Of a stretch of 64,000 nucleotides of DNA, positions 36,121-45,860 are shown piece after piece. Numbering within the stretch: the stretch's first letter is position 1; each line of letters begins with the position of its first letter. Both the position numbers and the translations under genes were made by a program. The notes below the pieces were generated by a model. The model saw only the letters and a program-made list of their open reading frames with translations, searched no databases and was not told the origin of the DNA. Origin of the DNA: Chthoniobacteraceae bacterium (GTDB lineage: Bacteria; Verrucomicrobiota; Verrucomicrobiia; Chthoniobacterales; Chthoniobacteraceae). The stretch covers positions 26,533 to 90,532 of the forward strand of contig JBEBGD010000012.1 of assembly GCA_040081625.1 (NCBI GenBank), written 5' to 3'.

Positions 36121-39100
36121 GTGCCGTCCCTCAGGGCCATCATCTTCCTCGCGCTCTGCGCACGCGCGCTCGCGCAGATTCCCGCCTTTCCCGGCGCGGA
36201 AGGCTACGGCGCTTACGCGCTCGGCGGGCGCAACGGCGACGTGTATCACGTCACGAACCTCAATGCTTCCGGCGCGGGATCGTTCGCCGACGCGATCGCG
36301 ACGGTGCCGGGCGCGGGGCGCACGATCGTTTTCGACGTGAGCGGCTACATTCGGTTCCCGAGCGGGTCGAACGGCACGCGCCTGACCGCATCGAAAGTCA
36401 CCATCGCCGGCCAGACCGCGCCGGGCGACGGCATCGGCTTTTACAACAACTTCTTCCGCATCTCGGGCGACGACATCGTCATCCGCCACGTGCGTTTCCG
36501 GCACGGCAAATACGGCTCGGGCGGCGACTGCGTGGACCTCGACAGCGGCTGCCTCAACGCGATCCTCGATCACGTCTCGATGCAGTTCAGCACGGATGAA
36601 AACATGTCGAGCTATGGCAGCCCGCCGGAGAACGTGACGCTGCAATACTCGCTGAATGCGTGGGGCCTTGAGACGCACTCGTGCGGCGGGCTGTGGGATC
36701 AAAACCACGCGACTTCGCACCACAATCTTTGGGCGCACAATCACACGCGCAACCCGAAGGCGCGCCCGAGCGGACTGCTCGAGTGGATCAACAACGTCAC
36801 GTTCGACTGGGACATTGGCTTCATCATGGGCGACTCGACGAGCGTTCAGAATTGGAAGGCGAACGTCATTGGCAACTACTTCATCTGCCCGCCGGGAAAC
36901 CTCCGCAGCAAGGCGCTCGAGAAGGCATCGCTCGCGACGAACGGGCAGCCGAACTTCACCGTGCATCTCAGCAGCAACCTCACGGACAACGACGGCGACG
37001 GGCTCCTCAACGGAACCGACAAGGGCTACACGATCGTCTCGGGCTCCTCATACAATCAGTCCGCGTCGGCCATCGCGGGCTCGACTGCGGGCGTCGCGAC
37101 GGACAATGCGCTCGTCGCTTACAAAAAGATCGTCTCCAACGCGGGCGCGCTCCGGCTCGATGCGGGTTCCGCGGGCGCGCTGCGCGATGAAGTGGACACG
37201 ATCCTCGTCGGCAAGCTGACGAGTCGGACGCCGTTTCACGTCACGCGCGAGAGCGACACCGGCGCGAGCGCGAGCGGCTTTGGCACGCTGGCGAGCGCGG
37301 CGGCGCCGGTGGACACGGACAAGGACGGAATGCCGGACTACTACGAGACCGCGCTCGCCTGGAACGTGGCGACCGACGACCACACGACGGCGCTCGCGAG
37401 CAGCGGCGGCTTCATCACGGGCACGACGTTCCTCCCCGCGGGCACCGTCGCCGGCTACACGCGGCTCGAGGAATATCTGCACTTCCTCGCGATCCCGCAC
37501 GGCACCGTCGCGAAGAACATCATCGGCTCGCCGACGTCGCTCGAAGTTGACTTGCGGAAGTTCACGAGCGGCTTCTCGTCGTCGCCTACATTCACCGTCG
37601 CGAATGTCGTCGGCGGCGGCATCGCGCAGAGCGGGCCGGGCGATGCGATCGCGACGTTCACGCCGACGCTCGACTACACCGGGCGCGCGCGGTTCGAGTT
37701 CACGGTCACGGATTCGCAAGGCAGCACGTGGACGCAGACCTTAGCGATCGTCGTGACAAACTCGGGCCTGCCGCGCGATCTCGTGTGGAATGGCGCGGGC
37801 AACTCGTGGGACACGACGAGCGCGACGAACTGGCTGCGCCCGTCGAGCGGATCGACGGTCACGTATTCCGATGGCGACCGCGTGGCGTTCGATCAATCGG
37901 GCCTCACGCAGCCGGGCGTGAGCATCACCGGCGCGCTCGCGCCGACGACGGTCGAGGTGAACGGGACCGGCAATTACACGCTCGGCGGCGCGGGCAGCGT
38001 GAACAGCGCGGGCACGCTGACGAAGCGCGGCAGCGGCACGCTCACACTCTCGCACGCGGAGACCTACGCGGGCGGCACGTCGCTCGAAGCGGGCACGCTC
38101 GCGATCGCGAGTCCGGGCAGTCTCGCGGGCGGCACGATCGCGATGCTCGACGGCACCGTGCTCACGAACGCTTACCCGACCGGCACGACCTCGACGCTCA
38201 CTCCGGTGATCGACATCCCGGCGGGCAACGCGGCGACGATCAACTCGGGAAATCGCTTCAGCCTCAATGGCGCCCTGACCGGCGCGGGGACGCTGAACTA
38301 CAACGTGCAGACGACCGTGAGCCGCGCGGACTTGAAGGGTGCGACGGCGGCGTTCAGCGGGCGGATCAATTTCACCAATAGCGGCGGCGTGCGTCTGTTC
38401 TTCAATGGCGGCAGCTTCAACGGCTTCGATGACGCGAGTGTCGATGTCGGCGGCAGCGTGAGCCTCCAGCCGCAGACGAACTCCGGCGGCAACACGTGCA
38501 ACATCGCCGCGCTCTCCAGCGCGAGCGCGAGCGCGAATCTCGCGGGCGGCACAGCAGGCGCGGTCGCTTACGTGGTTGGGTCAAACGGCAACAGCACGAC
38601 GTTCGCCGGCGCAATCACGGGCAACGCGGCGCTGGCGAAGACGGGCGCGGGCACGCTCACGCTCGGTGGCGCGAACACTTACACCGGTGCGACGAACGTG
38701 AACGGCGGATCGCTCGTCGTCAGCGATTCGCTGGGCGCGAGCGCGGTGACTGTCGCGAGCGGTGCGAGCATCGCAGGCGGCGGCACTTTCAGCGGCGGCG
38801 TGACTTTGCAGACCGGCGCGACGGTTGTCGCGGGAACGGACGCAAGCACGCGCGGGCCGCTCACGGCTGCGGGTGGATTTGCCGCGACGAGTTCGACGCT
38901 CGCCTTCGACCTCTCGAACTCGCCAACCGGTGCCAACGACAAGATCTCCGTGACCGGCGGCACCGGCTACCTCGCGGGCGCGAACAACTTCACGATCAAC
39001 TTCGCCGACGGCACGCTCGGCGCGGGAAGTTACAAGCTCGTTGATTGCGCCGCCGGCATCCCGCTGGACGTCGCGGGGGGCATGACGATGAACCTCACGA

Positions 39101-40740
39101 TCAGCGCGCCCGCGGGAGGACGGCAGACTTATGCGCTCAATCGCACGGCCGCCGGCACCGTCGGGGGCTACGTGCAGCTCGTCGTCACCGGCAGCCCGGC
39201 GACGCTGACGTGGACGGGCGCGGCGAGTGGCGCGTGGGACACGACGAGCGCGAACTGGACCGGCGCTTCGCCCGCGACTTTCTTTCCATTCGACGCCGTG
39301 ATCTTCGACGACACGGCGACGACCACGACAATCACGCCGGGTAGCAGCGTCGCGCCGCGCACGACGCTCGTGAACAACTCGACGAAGGCATTCACGATCG
39401 CGGCCGGACTCGACGGCGGATCGCTCACGAAGTCCGGCACGAACACGCTCACGCTCAGCGGCGCGAACGCTTTCGCCGGCGGCTCCGCGCTCAACGGCGG
39501 CACGCTCCAGCTCGGCAACGACACCGCGAACACAAGCGGCCTCGGCAGTGGCCCGATCAGCTTCAACGGCGGCACGCTGAAGATGTCGGACAACGATTCG
39601 ACGTATAACGACTCGACGTGGAACCTCGTCGTCGCGGGCGGACAGTCGGGCACGTTGTGGCAGGACTCGCGCTCGACGATCTCCGGCAGCCTCAGCGGCG
39701 GCGGCGCGTTCACGCTGCGCGCGCCGTGGATTCGCAACGACTGGTTCTGCGATTGCTCGGCGTTCACCGGCACGATGACGGTCATCACCGACGGCAGCGG
39801 TGGCGATTTCCGCTTCGGCACGAGCTACTCGTGGAGCGGGCTGCCGAACGCATCGCTCTTTCTCAACGGCCCGGTGAGCGCCTACTACATCGGCATCAGC
39901 AGCGCCGGCGCGGGCACCACGATTCCGATCGGCGAGCTGAGCGGCACGAGCGATTCGCGACTCATGGGCGGCGCCACGAGCGGGCGGAATTTCACCTACG
40001 TCATCGGCGCTCGCACATCGCCTGGCAACGAGGCGGTATTCGCCGGCGCGATCTCCGAGCAGAGCAGCGGCGTGACGACGGCATTCGTAAAAACCGGCGC
40101 GGGCACGTGGACGCTCAGCGGCGCGTGCGCGTGGAATGGCGGAACGACCGTGGAGCAGGGCACGCTGAAGATCAGCGGCTCGGTGGTCTGCGGCGGCGGT
40201 GTCAATGTGCAGGCCGGTGGCACGCTCAGCCTCGCGGGCGGATCGCTCGCGAGCGACGCGGTGAACATTGCCGCCAACGCCGCGCTCACCGGCAGCGGCA
40301 CGATCAATGGCGACTTGAACAACGACGGCACGGTGACGTGCGGCGCGGGCGCCATCACGATCACCGGGGACGTGGTGAACAACGGCACGATGCGCTTCAC
40401 CGGTGGATCGGCGATCTCGGCGACGGCAGGGTTCGTGAACAATGGCGTGCTCGACCTGCTCACCGGCGGCGCGCTTCCGGCGAATCTCGTGAACAACGGC
40501 GTGGTGATCGCCAACACCGAGCGGCGCGTGATGAGCGCGAGCAAGAGCGGCGCGAACTTCACCGTGACCGTGCAGGGCCACGCGGGGCACAACTATCAAC
40601 TCCAGAGCACGGACTCGCTCGGCGGCACGTGGGTGGATGTCGGCAGCGCGCAGGCGGGCACCGGCGGCGTGCTCACGCTCACCGACACTGGCGGTGCTAC
40701 CGGGACGCAGCGTTTCTATCGAGTGACCGTTTTGCCTTGA
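36121..40740 (+). CDS. Secreted pectate-lyase (PL1-like) protein with autotransporter-associated beta-strand repeats (1539 aa)
   Basis: Signal peptide, then AFPGAEGYG..GGR.GDVYHVTNLN.SGAGS, TIAGQTAPGDG, LDHVS...TDE, HNHTRNP, DTDKDGMPDYYE. Repeats LTK.G.GTLTL; C-terminal RFYRVTVLP. Confidence 0.85.
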   Translation: MPSLRAIIFLALCARALAQIPAFPGAEGYGAYALGGRNGDVYHVTNLNASGAGSFADAIATVPGAGRTIVFDVSGYIRFPSGSNGTRLTASKVTIAGQTAPGDGIGFYNNFFRISGDDIVIRHVRFRHGKYGSGGDCVDLDSGCLNAILDHVSMQFSTDENMSSYGSPPENVTLQYSLNAWGLETHSCGGLWDQNHATSHHNLWAHNHTRNPKARPSGLLEWINNVTFDWDIGFIMGDSTSVQNWKANVIGNYFICPPGNLRSKALEKASLATNGQPNFTVHLSSNLTDNDGDGLLNGTDKGYTIVSGSSYNQSASAIAGSTAGVATDNALVAYKKIVSNAGALRLDAGSAGALRDEVDTILVGKLTSRTPFHVTRESDTGASASGFGTLASAAAPVDTDKDGMPDYYETALAWNVATDDHTTALASSGGFITGTTFLPAGTVAGYTRLEEYLHFLAIPHGTVAKNIIGSPTSLEVDLRKFTSGFSSSPTFTVANVVGGGIAQSGPGDAIATFTPTLDYTGRARFEFTVTDSQGSTWTQTLAIVVTNSGLPRDLVWNGAGNSWDTTSATNWLRPSSGSTVTYSDGDRVAFDQSGLTQPGVSITGALAPTTVEVNGTGNYTLGGAGSVNSAGTLTKRGSGTLTLSHAETYAGGTSLEAGTLAIASPGSLAGGTIAMLDGTVLTNAYPTGTTSTLTPVIDIPAGNAATINSGNRFSLNGALTGAGTLNYNVQTTVSRADLKGATAAFSGRINFTNSGGVRLFFNGGSFNGFDDASVDVGGSVSLQPQTNSGGNTCNIAALSSASASANLAGGTAGAVAYVVGSNGNSTTFAGAITGNAALAKTGAGTLTLGGANTYTGATNVNGGSLVVSDSLGASAVTVASGASIAGGGTFSGGVTLQTGATVVAGTDASTRGPLTAAGGFAATSSTLAFDLSNSPTGANDKISVTGGTGYLAGANNFTINFADGTLGAGSYKLVDCAAGIPLDVAGGMTMNLTISAPAGGRQTYALNRTAAGTVGGYVQLVVTGSPATLTWTGAASGAWDTTSANWTGASPATFFPFDAVIFDDTATTTTITPGSSVAPRTTLVNNSTKAFTIAAGLDGGSLTKSGTNTLTLSGANAFAGGSALNGGTLQLGNDTANTSGLGSGPISFNGGTLKMSDNDSTYNDSTWNLVVAGGQSGTLWQDSRSTISGSLSGGGAFTLRAPWIRNDWFCDCSAFTGTMTVITDGSGGDFRFGTSYSWSGLPNASLFLNGPVSAYYIGISSAGAGTTIPIGELSGTSDSRLMGGATSGRNFTYVIGARTSPGNEAVFAGAISEQSSGVTTAFVKTGAGTWTLSGACAWNGGTTVEQGTLKISGSVVCGGGVNVQAGGTLSLAGGSLASDAVNIAANAALTGSGTINGDLNNDGTVTCGAGAITITGDVVNNGTMRFTGGSAISATAGFVNNGVLDLLTGGALPANLVNNGVVIANTERRVMSASKSGANFTVTVQGHAGHNYQLQSTDSLGGTWVDVGSAQAGTGGVLTLTDTGGATGTQRFYRVTVLP

Positions 40741-40748
40741 TAAGGGCG

Positions 40749-40814
40749 CTCGCAGAGGCGCAAAGCCGCAGAGGCATGAACCCGCATTTCTTTGCGCCTT
40801 TGCGTCTCTGCGAG
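40749..40814. repeat. REP-like inverted repeat built of CGCA(A/G)AG units, overlapping the GH79 start
   Basis: Arms 40749-40773 and 40790-40814 are 22/25 complementary. Two of the three mismatches are G-U compatible on the plus strand. Confidence 0.75.
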
Positions 40815-42194
40815 AGCCTCCTTTTGTTCGCCTGCTTTTCTGCGGGTGCGATCAGCGCGGAGGTCACCGCGACGATTGATGCGTCGCGATCGGGCCGCGC
40901 GATTCCGAAATCGTTCGCGGGCCTTTCGCGCGAGTGGCGCAAGTTTCCTTTCCCGGAGAGCGGCGTCACTTCGGAGGTTCACCCGGTTTATCTGCGGCTG
41001 ATCGAACAGCTCTGCGCGTTCAACGACGAGGCGCTCAGCGTCCGCATCGGGGGCGCGACGGCGGAGTATGCGCTGGAAGTGCCCGCGGAGCCGGAGCGCT
41101 GGGCGCAGATCGCGCGGGTGTTCAAGACGACGCGCACGCCGCTCGTCATCAACATCGGCCTCGCGCGCGGCGATGTGGAGCGGGTGAAAAAGGGCATCCG
41201 ACTCGCGCACGAGGCGCTGCCGCCGGGCGCGGTCGCGAGCTTCGAACTGGGCAACGAACCCGACGGCTGGCCGGGCAAGCACAAGCCGGCGGATCACACG
41301 TTCGAGCAATACCTCGATGAGTTTCACGCGATGGGCAGCCAGATCGTGCCGGCGCTCACGCCCGGCCTCGCCGGGCCGTCGTGGGCGCGCGGCGCTCCGC
41401 CGGAGATCCTCAGCACGTTCGTCGCGCGGCAGAAAGGGCTGCTCAATTTACTCACGGTGCATTCGTATCGTTTCGATCCGAAGAGCCAGCCGCGCGTGGA
41501 GAAGCTGCTCGAAGACAAAGCAACGACTGACTTCGTGCAACGCCTGCGGCGTGGGATCGAGGTCGCGCACGCGGCGGGGCTGAAGCTGCGGCTCGATGAG
41601 ACGGGCACCGCGTGGAGCGGGGGGGTGCCGGGGTTCAGCGATTCGTTCGCGGCGGCGCTGTTCACGCTTGACGTGATGTTCGAGTTGGCGAGCGCCGGAC
41701 TCGATGGCGTGAACTTTCACAACGCCGGGACGAACGCGTATTCGCCGATCAAGGAGGACGTGGACAAGACGACGGGCCGGACTCGCTCGATCGCGGCGAA
41801 CTCTCCGTATTACGGGATGCTCGTCTTCGCGGAGGCAGTCGCGAACGAGGCGCGGCTTGTTCCGGTGGAGGCGGGTGCGGGACGTGTGAAGTTTTGGGCG
41901 ACGCTCGACAAGGCGGGGGTGTTGCGCGTGGTCGCGATCAACAAGGATCTCGCGGACACCGCGAATGTGACGCTCCGCGTGCCAGGCGCGAAGGCGACGC
42001 TGAAGCGGCTCAAGGCGCCGGCCCCCGGCGCGACGAGCGGGATCACGTTTGGCGGCCGGACCTACGATGGTTCTGCGGACGGGAATCCGGTCGGCGCGCT
42101 CGAAGAAGAAACACTCGCGATCAGCGATGGCGCGTTCCGTTTCAAAGTCGCGCCGGCGAGTGCGATGCTGGTGACGATCCCGCCTGATGCCTAG
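40776..42194 (+). CDS. Glycoside hydrolase family 79 (beta-glucuronidase/heparanase-like), secreted, ~472 aa
   Basis: Probable start ATG 40776. FAGLSRE, VRIGG, FELGNEPD (acid/base), LRLDET (nucleophile), G.PG.SDSFAAAL..LD, GVNFH, YYGML; C-terminal VVAINKD..GITFGG. Confidence 0.85.
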   Translation: MNPHFFAPLRLCESLLLFACFSAGAISAEVTATIDASRSGRAIPKSFAGLSREWRKFPFPESGVTSEVHPVYLRLIEQLCAFNDEALSVRIGGATAEYALEVPAEPERWAQIARVFKTTRTPLVINIGLARGDVERVKKGIRLAHEALPPGAVASFELGNEPDGWPGKHKPADHTFEQYLDEFHAMGSQIVPALTPGLAGPSWARGAPPEILSTFVARQKGLLNLLTVHSYRFDPKSQPRVEKLLEDKATTDFVQRLRRGIEVAHAAGLKLRLDETGTAWSGGVPGFSDSFAAALFTLDVMFELASAGLDGVNFHNAGTNAYSPIKEDVDKTTGRTRSIAANSPYYGMLVFAEAVANEARLVPVEAGAGRVKFWATLDKAGVLRVVAINKDLADTANVTLRVPGAKATLKRLKAPAPGATSGITFGGRTYDGSADGNPVGALEEETLAISDGAFRFKVAPASAMLVTIPPDA

Positions 42195-42814
42195 CGGCCC
42201 AGCAGCTTCACCACCGCCTCCGTGCGCGACTGCACGTGCAGCTTGCCGTAGATGCGCCGCAGGTGGTTGTGGACGGTGTTGGGGCTGATGTCGAGGCGGT
42301 CGGCGATTAGTTTGTAGGGCAGGCCCTCGGCGAGCAGTTCGAGGATTTCGCGTTCGCGCTTCGAGAGCGTTTCGACCTCGCTCGCGGGCTGGTTGATCTT
42401 GTGGAAGTGCGTGATGACGCGGCGCGCGATCTCGGTCGTCATCGGCGAACCGCCGCGGCGGACCTCGGCGATCGCGGCGATGAGTTCATCGGCGGCGGCC
42501 CGCTTGAGCAGGTAGCCGCTCGCGCCGGCGCGCAGTGCGTTGAAGATGAGGTCGGTGTCGTCGTAGGTCGTGAGCATCACGAAATCGATCTCCGGGTGCA
42601 GCGGCTTGAGCTTCGCGACGATGTCGATGCCGCTGCCGTCGGGCAGGTTGATGTCCATCAGCACGACGTCGGGCTTGTGCTCGGGGATTTCCCTTTCGGC
42701 CTGAGCGGCGTTTCCATACGCGCCGACGCAAACGATGTCGGGTGCGTGGCGGAGCAGCTTGAGAAATGCGTCACGAGTGGCGCGGTGATCTTCGACGAGG
42801 GAGACGCGGATCAT
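42191..42814 (-). CDS. NarL/LuxR-family response regulator (207 aa)
   Basis: Receiver domain VEDH..PDVVLMDINLP..LT..GASGYLLK; C-terminal HTH LSKREREIL..IA..L.IS..TV..H..IY.KL.V.SR. Confidence 0.95.
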   Translation of the reverse strand: MIRVSLVEDHRATRDAFLKLLRHAPDIVCVGAYGNAAQAEREIPEHKPDVVLMDINLPDGSGIDIVAKLKPLHPEIDFVMLTTYDDTDLIFNALRAGASGYLLKRAAADELIAAIAEVRRGGSPMTTEIARRVITHFHKINQPASEVETLSKREREILELLAEGLPYKLIADRLDISPNTVHNHLRRIYGKLHVQSRTEAVVKLLGR

Positions 42815-42829
42815 GGGGAAGCCCGCAGG

Positions 42830-45793
42830 CTACGTCCCATTTGCAGTCAGTGGCAACTCACAGATCACCCGCGTTCCGGCAGTCGGCGTGCCGTCGATGC
42901 GGCAGGTGCCACGGACTTCGGCCATGCGCTCGCGCATGTTGCGCAGGCCGTTCGCATCGGCCCGCACATCGTCCCCGGCGAAGCCGCGGCCATCGTCGGT
43001 CACGGCCACACGCAGGAGGCTGTCGGCCAATTCGACGTGCAGCCAGACGGTGCTCGCGTCGGCGTGCTTGACGACGTTGTTGAGCGCCTCCTTCACCGCC
43101 AGGAAAAGGTGGTGGCGAATGTTCGACGAGAGCGGCAACTTCGGAAGATGGAGCGGGATGTCCACCTTCGCCTCGATGCCGCTGCTCGTGAGGAAGCTGA
43201 CGGCGAACTTGCCGAGATATTCGATCAGCGACGCGAGCGTGTCGTAGCGCGGGTTCACGGCCCACACGATTTCATCGAGCGACTCGACGGTGCTGCGCGC
43301 GATCGTGGCGATCTCCTCGACGTGGCCGGCCACGCCGGGCGGATCGAGCCGGGCGAGCTGGCTGGCGATGCCGATCTGCGTGAGGTTCGCGCCGAGCTGG
43401 TCGTGCATGTCGCGCGCGATGCGGATGCGCTCGCGCTCGAGCGCGTGCTCCTGCTCGATCACGAGCATCCGCCGGCGCATGCGGCGCTTCACGATGATGC
43501 GCACGAGCCACGCGAGCGCGGTGGCGGCGAGCAGGCTGGCGGCGATGCGAAGGCCGAGGGTCTCCCACCAGGCTGCGCGCACGGTGAATGAGATGGCCGC
43601 GATGCGCGGCTGCCACTCGCCATCGGCGTCGGTGGCGGCGACCTCGAAACGGTAACGGGCGGGCGGCAGGCGCGCGAAAGTCGCGGCGCGCTCGCTGCCG
43701 GCGTGGACCCAGGCATCGTCCACGCCGCTGAGCCGGTAGCGGAATTGCACGCGCTCGGGCGTTCCGAAATACGGCGCGGAGAAGCGAACCTCGATGCGGC
43801 GCGAATCGGGCGCGACGGTGGCGTTGGGGAGCGGCAGCGGCGCGCCGTTCGCGCGGATTTCCTCGATCATCACCGCCGCCGGCGGGGTGTCGTGCTCCTG
43901 GCGCTGGGCCTGCACTTCGAGCGCGCCGCGCGCGGTGGCGAACCATAGGCGCTGGTCGGCGGTGCGCGCGGTGGTGTTGCGACCGGTCTCGAAGGCGAAG
44001 CTGGTGCCGGGCACGCCTTCGCTGGGCCCGAAGAAGACCGGACTCACGGTGGGGCGCGAGCCATCGAGCACCGCGTCGAGCAGCTGGCGGTTCACGCGGA
44101 AAAGCCCGCGCCCGGTCGCCAGCCAGAGGTCGCGCGCGTCATCGACGATGAGCGCACGCAGATCATCGTGCGGCAGGCCGCGTTCGACGGACCAGAAATC
44201 GAAGTCGCCGGCGCGCCAGCGCAGCAGGCCGCTATCGCGCGTGGCGATCCACATGGCGCTGCCGTCGGCGACGATGAAGCGGATCGTCTGGCTCGACTTT
44301 GCATCGGGCACCGTGAGCAGCACAAACGTGCCATTCTCGCGGCGGAAGATTTTCCCGTCGTCCGTGCCAGCCCACAGACGGCCGGCGGCGTCCTCGGCGA
44401 GCGCGCGCACGCGAGTGAGTCCGCGCTCGGCCGGCTGCGGCTCGGCCTGGTTTTCGCGCCAGCGGATCAGCGGTCCGTCGATCGTGGCGATCCACAGGTC
44501 GCCGGTGGAATCGACGAGCATCGTTTCGACGCGCTCGGCGCCCTCGATCTCCGGCCGCGTCACCGTTCCCTCGAACCAACGCGCGAACTTGCCGCCATCG
44601 TGACCGACCCAGACGCCGCCTTCGCGGTCGGCGCACATCGTCGTCACGTTGCGTGCGAACCAGTTTTCGAGCGGGGCGAAGGTCTTGTTCTGGGCATCCA
44701 CCGAACGCGCCGGCGGGGCCCAGCGCGAGGCCACCCAAAGGCGGCCCGACGCATCGGTGCAAAGCGAGACGACGCTCTCCTTTGGGATGCCGGTGCTCGT
44801 CGAGCGGAGCACGAAGCGGCGCGGGCGGATGAGGTTCACGCCGCCACCCTGCGTGCCGACCCAGACGTTGCCCGCGGCGTCTTCGCCGATGGCGAGCACG
44901 TAGCTGTGGGAAGTCGGCAGGCGCTGGAAACGGCCGGCGCGATACCGGACGACGCCCATGCCATTGGTGCCAAGCAGGATTTCGCCATCGCGGCTCTCGA
45001 ACAGCGCCGTGATTTCGCCCGCTCCGCCGAGCGGCGTGAGATCGGCGATCACCTCGCTCTTCCCCTCGACGCGGCAGCGCAGCAATTGGTTGTCGCGAGT
45101 CATCCACACGCCACCCGTGCGGGCGGGAGTGAAGCGCACAAAGTTGCCGCCGGCGGGGTCCACGCCCGTGAACTTCGTGCCGTCGAAAATCCTGCAACCA
45201 TACCGCGTGGAAACCCAGATACGGTTCTCGGTATCCGCATGCACATACGTGTCGAGCCCCCCGGGCACACCTTCGGAAACCGTGAAGGTGGTGAGCACGC
45301 CGCGCTGCCAGCGCTGCGCGCGGGCCTCGGGGCCATAGCCGATCCACAGCGCGCCCTCCGCGTCCTCCGCGAACGAGCAGACGCGTCGCGTGAGCGACTC
45401 CTTCGACGGCAGCGGCACGACGACTTCGCAATGATCGCCGACGAGACGCGACACGCCGCCGCGATCGAGCCCGATCCAGAGCGTGCCATCGCGTCCGGCG
45501 TAAAGGGCGCGAATGACGTTCGTCTGGAGGCCCGGCATCTCCTTCGTGCGAAAGACCGTGAAGCGCACGCCGTCGAAGCGCGCGAGCCCGGCGCGGGTGG
45601 CAAACCACATGTAGCCGTCGGGCGTCTGCGCGACACCGGCGACGGTGTTGTCCGGCAGACCGTCCGCGGTGTCCCATGCGCGAATGACGTAGTTTCCCGA
45701 CATCGGCGGAGGCTCGGGCGGCTCGGGCGCCTGACCGCGGGCGAGCGCGGCGAGCAGCACGGCGAGTGCGGCGATGTGGAGGGTGTTTGTCAC
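42830..45793 (-). CDS. Sensor histidine kinase with two-component-regulator beta-propellers, a Y_Y_Y domain and HisKA_3/HATPase (987 aa)
   Basis: DGLPDN.V...Q..DGY.WFAT..GL.RFDG propeller repeats; FRYRL.G.D..W..LPP.RYRFEV.A; TM after WWET; ARDMHDQLG. This is the sugar-sensor architecture known from Bacteroidetes hybrid systems. Confidence 0.92.
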   Translation of the reverse strand: MTNTLHIAALAVLLAALARGQAPEPPEPPPMSGNYVIRAWDTADGLPDNTVAGVAQTPDGYMWFATRAGLARFDGVRFTVFRTKEMPGLQTNVIRALYAGRDGTLWIGLDRGGVSRLVGDHCEVVVPLPSKESLTRRVCSFAEDAEGALWIGYGPEARAQRWQRGVLTTFTVSEGVPGGLDTYVHADTENRIWVSTRYGCRIFDGTKFTGVDPAGGNFVRFTPARTGGVWMTRDNQLLRCRVEGKSEVIADLTPLGGAGEITALFESRDGEILLGTNGMGVVRYRAGRFQRLPTSHSYVLAIGEDAAGNVWVGTQGGGVNLIRPRRFVLRSTSTGIPKESVVSLCTDASGRLWVASRWAPPARSVDAQNKTFAPLENWFARNVTTMCADREGGVWVGHDGGKFARWFEGTVTRPEIEGAERVETMLVDSTGDLWIATIDGPLIRWRENQAEPQPAERGLTRVRALAEDAAGRLWAGTDDGKIFRRENGTFVLLTVPDAKSSQTIRFIVADGSAMWIATRDSGLLRWRAGDFDFWSVERGLPHDDLRALIVDDARDLWLATGRGLFRVNRQLLDAVLDGSRPTVSPVFFGPSEGVPGTSFAFETGRNTTARTADQRLWFATARGALEVQAQRQEHDTPPAAVMIEEIRANGAPLPLPNATVAPDSRRIEVRFSAPYFGTPERVQFRYRLSGVDDAWVHAGSERAATFARLPPARYRFEVAATDADGEWQPRIAAISFTVRAAWWETLGLRIAASLLAATALAWLVRIIVKRRMRRRMLVIEQEHALERERIRIARDMHDQLGANLTQIGIASQLARLDPPGVAGHVEEIATIARSTVESLDEIVWAVNPRYDTLASLIEYLGKFAVSFLTSSGIEAKVDIPLHLPKLPLSSNIRHHLFLAVKEALNNVVKHADASTVWLHVELADSLLRVAVTDDGRGFAGDDVRADANGLRNMRERMAEVRGTCRIDGTPTAGTRVICELPLTANGT

Positions 45794-45842
45794 GACGATG
45801 TAATAACTCCGCCGCGACGAACCTCAAAGCGAGCTTGAGGGA

Positions 45843-45860
45843 GTAGTCACAATGGGCCAA
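45843..45860. promoter_or_regulatory. Palindromic operator-like site 5 (GTAGTCA-CAAT-GGGCCAA), between the divergent kinase operon and the Verru_Chthon cassette
   Basis: AATGGGCCAATTGC (45851-45864) is a 14/14 match to the reverse complement of 26157-26170, in the same orientation relative to the downstream gene. Confidence 0.55.
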
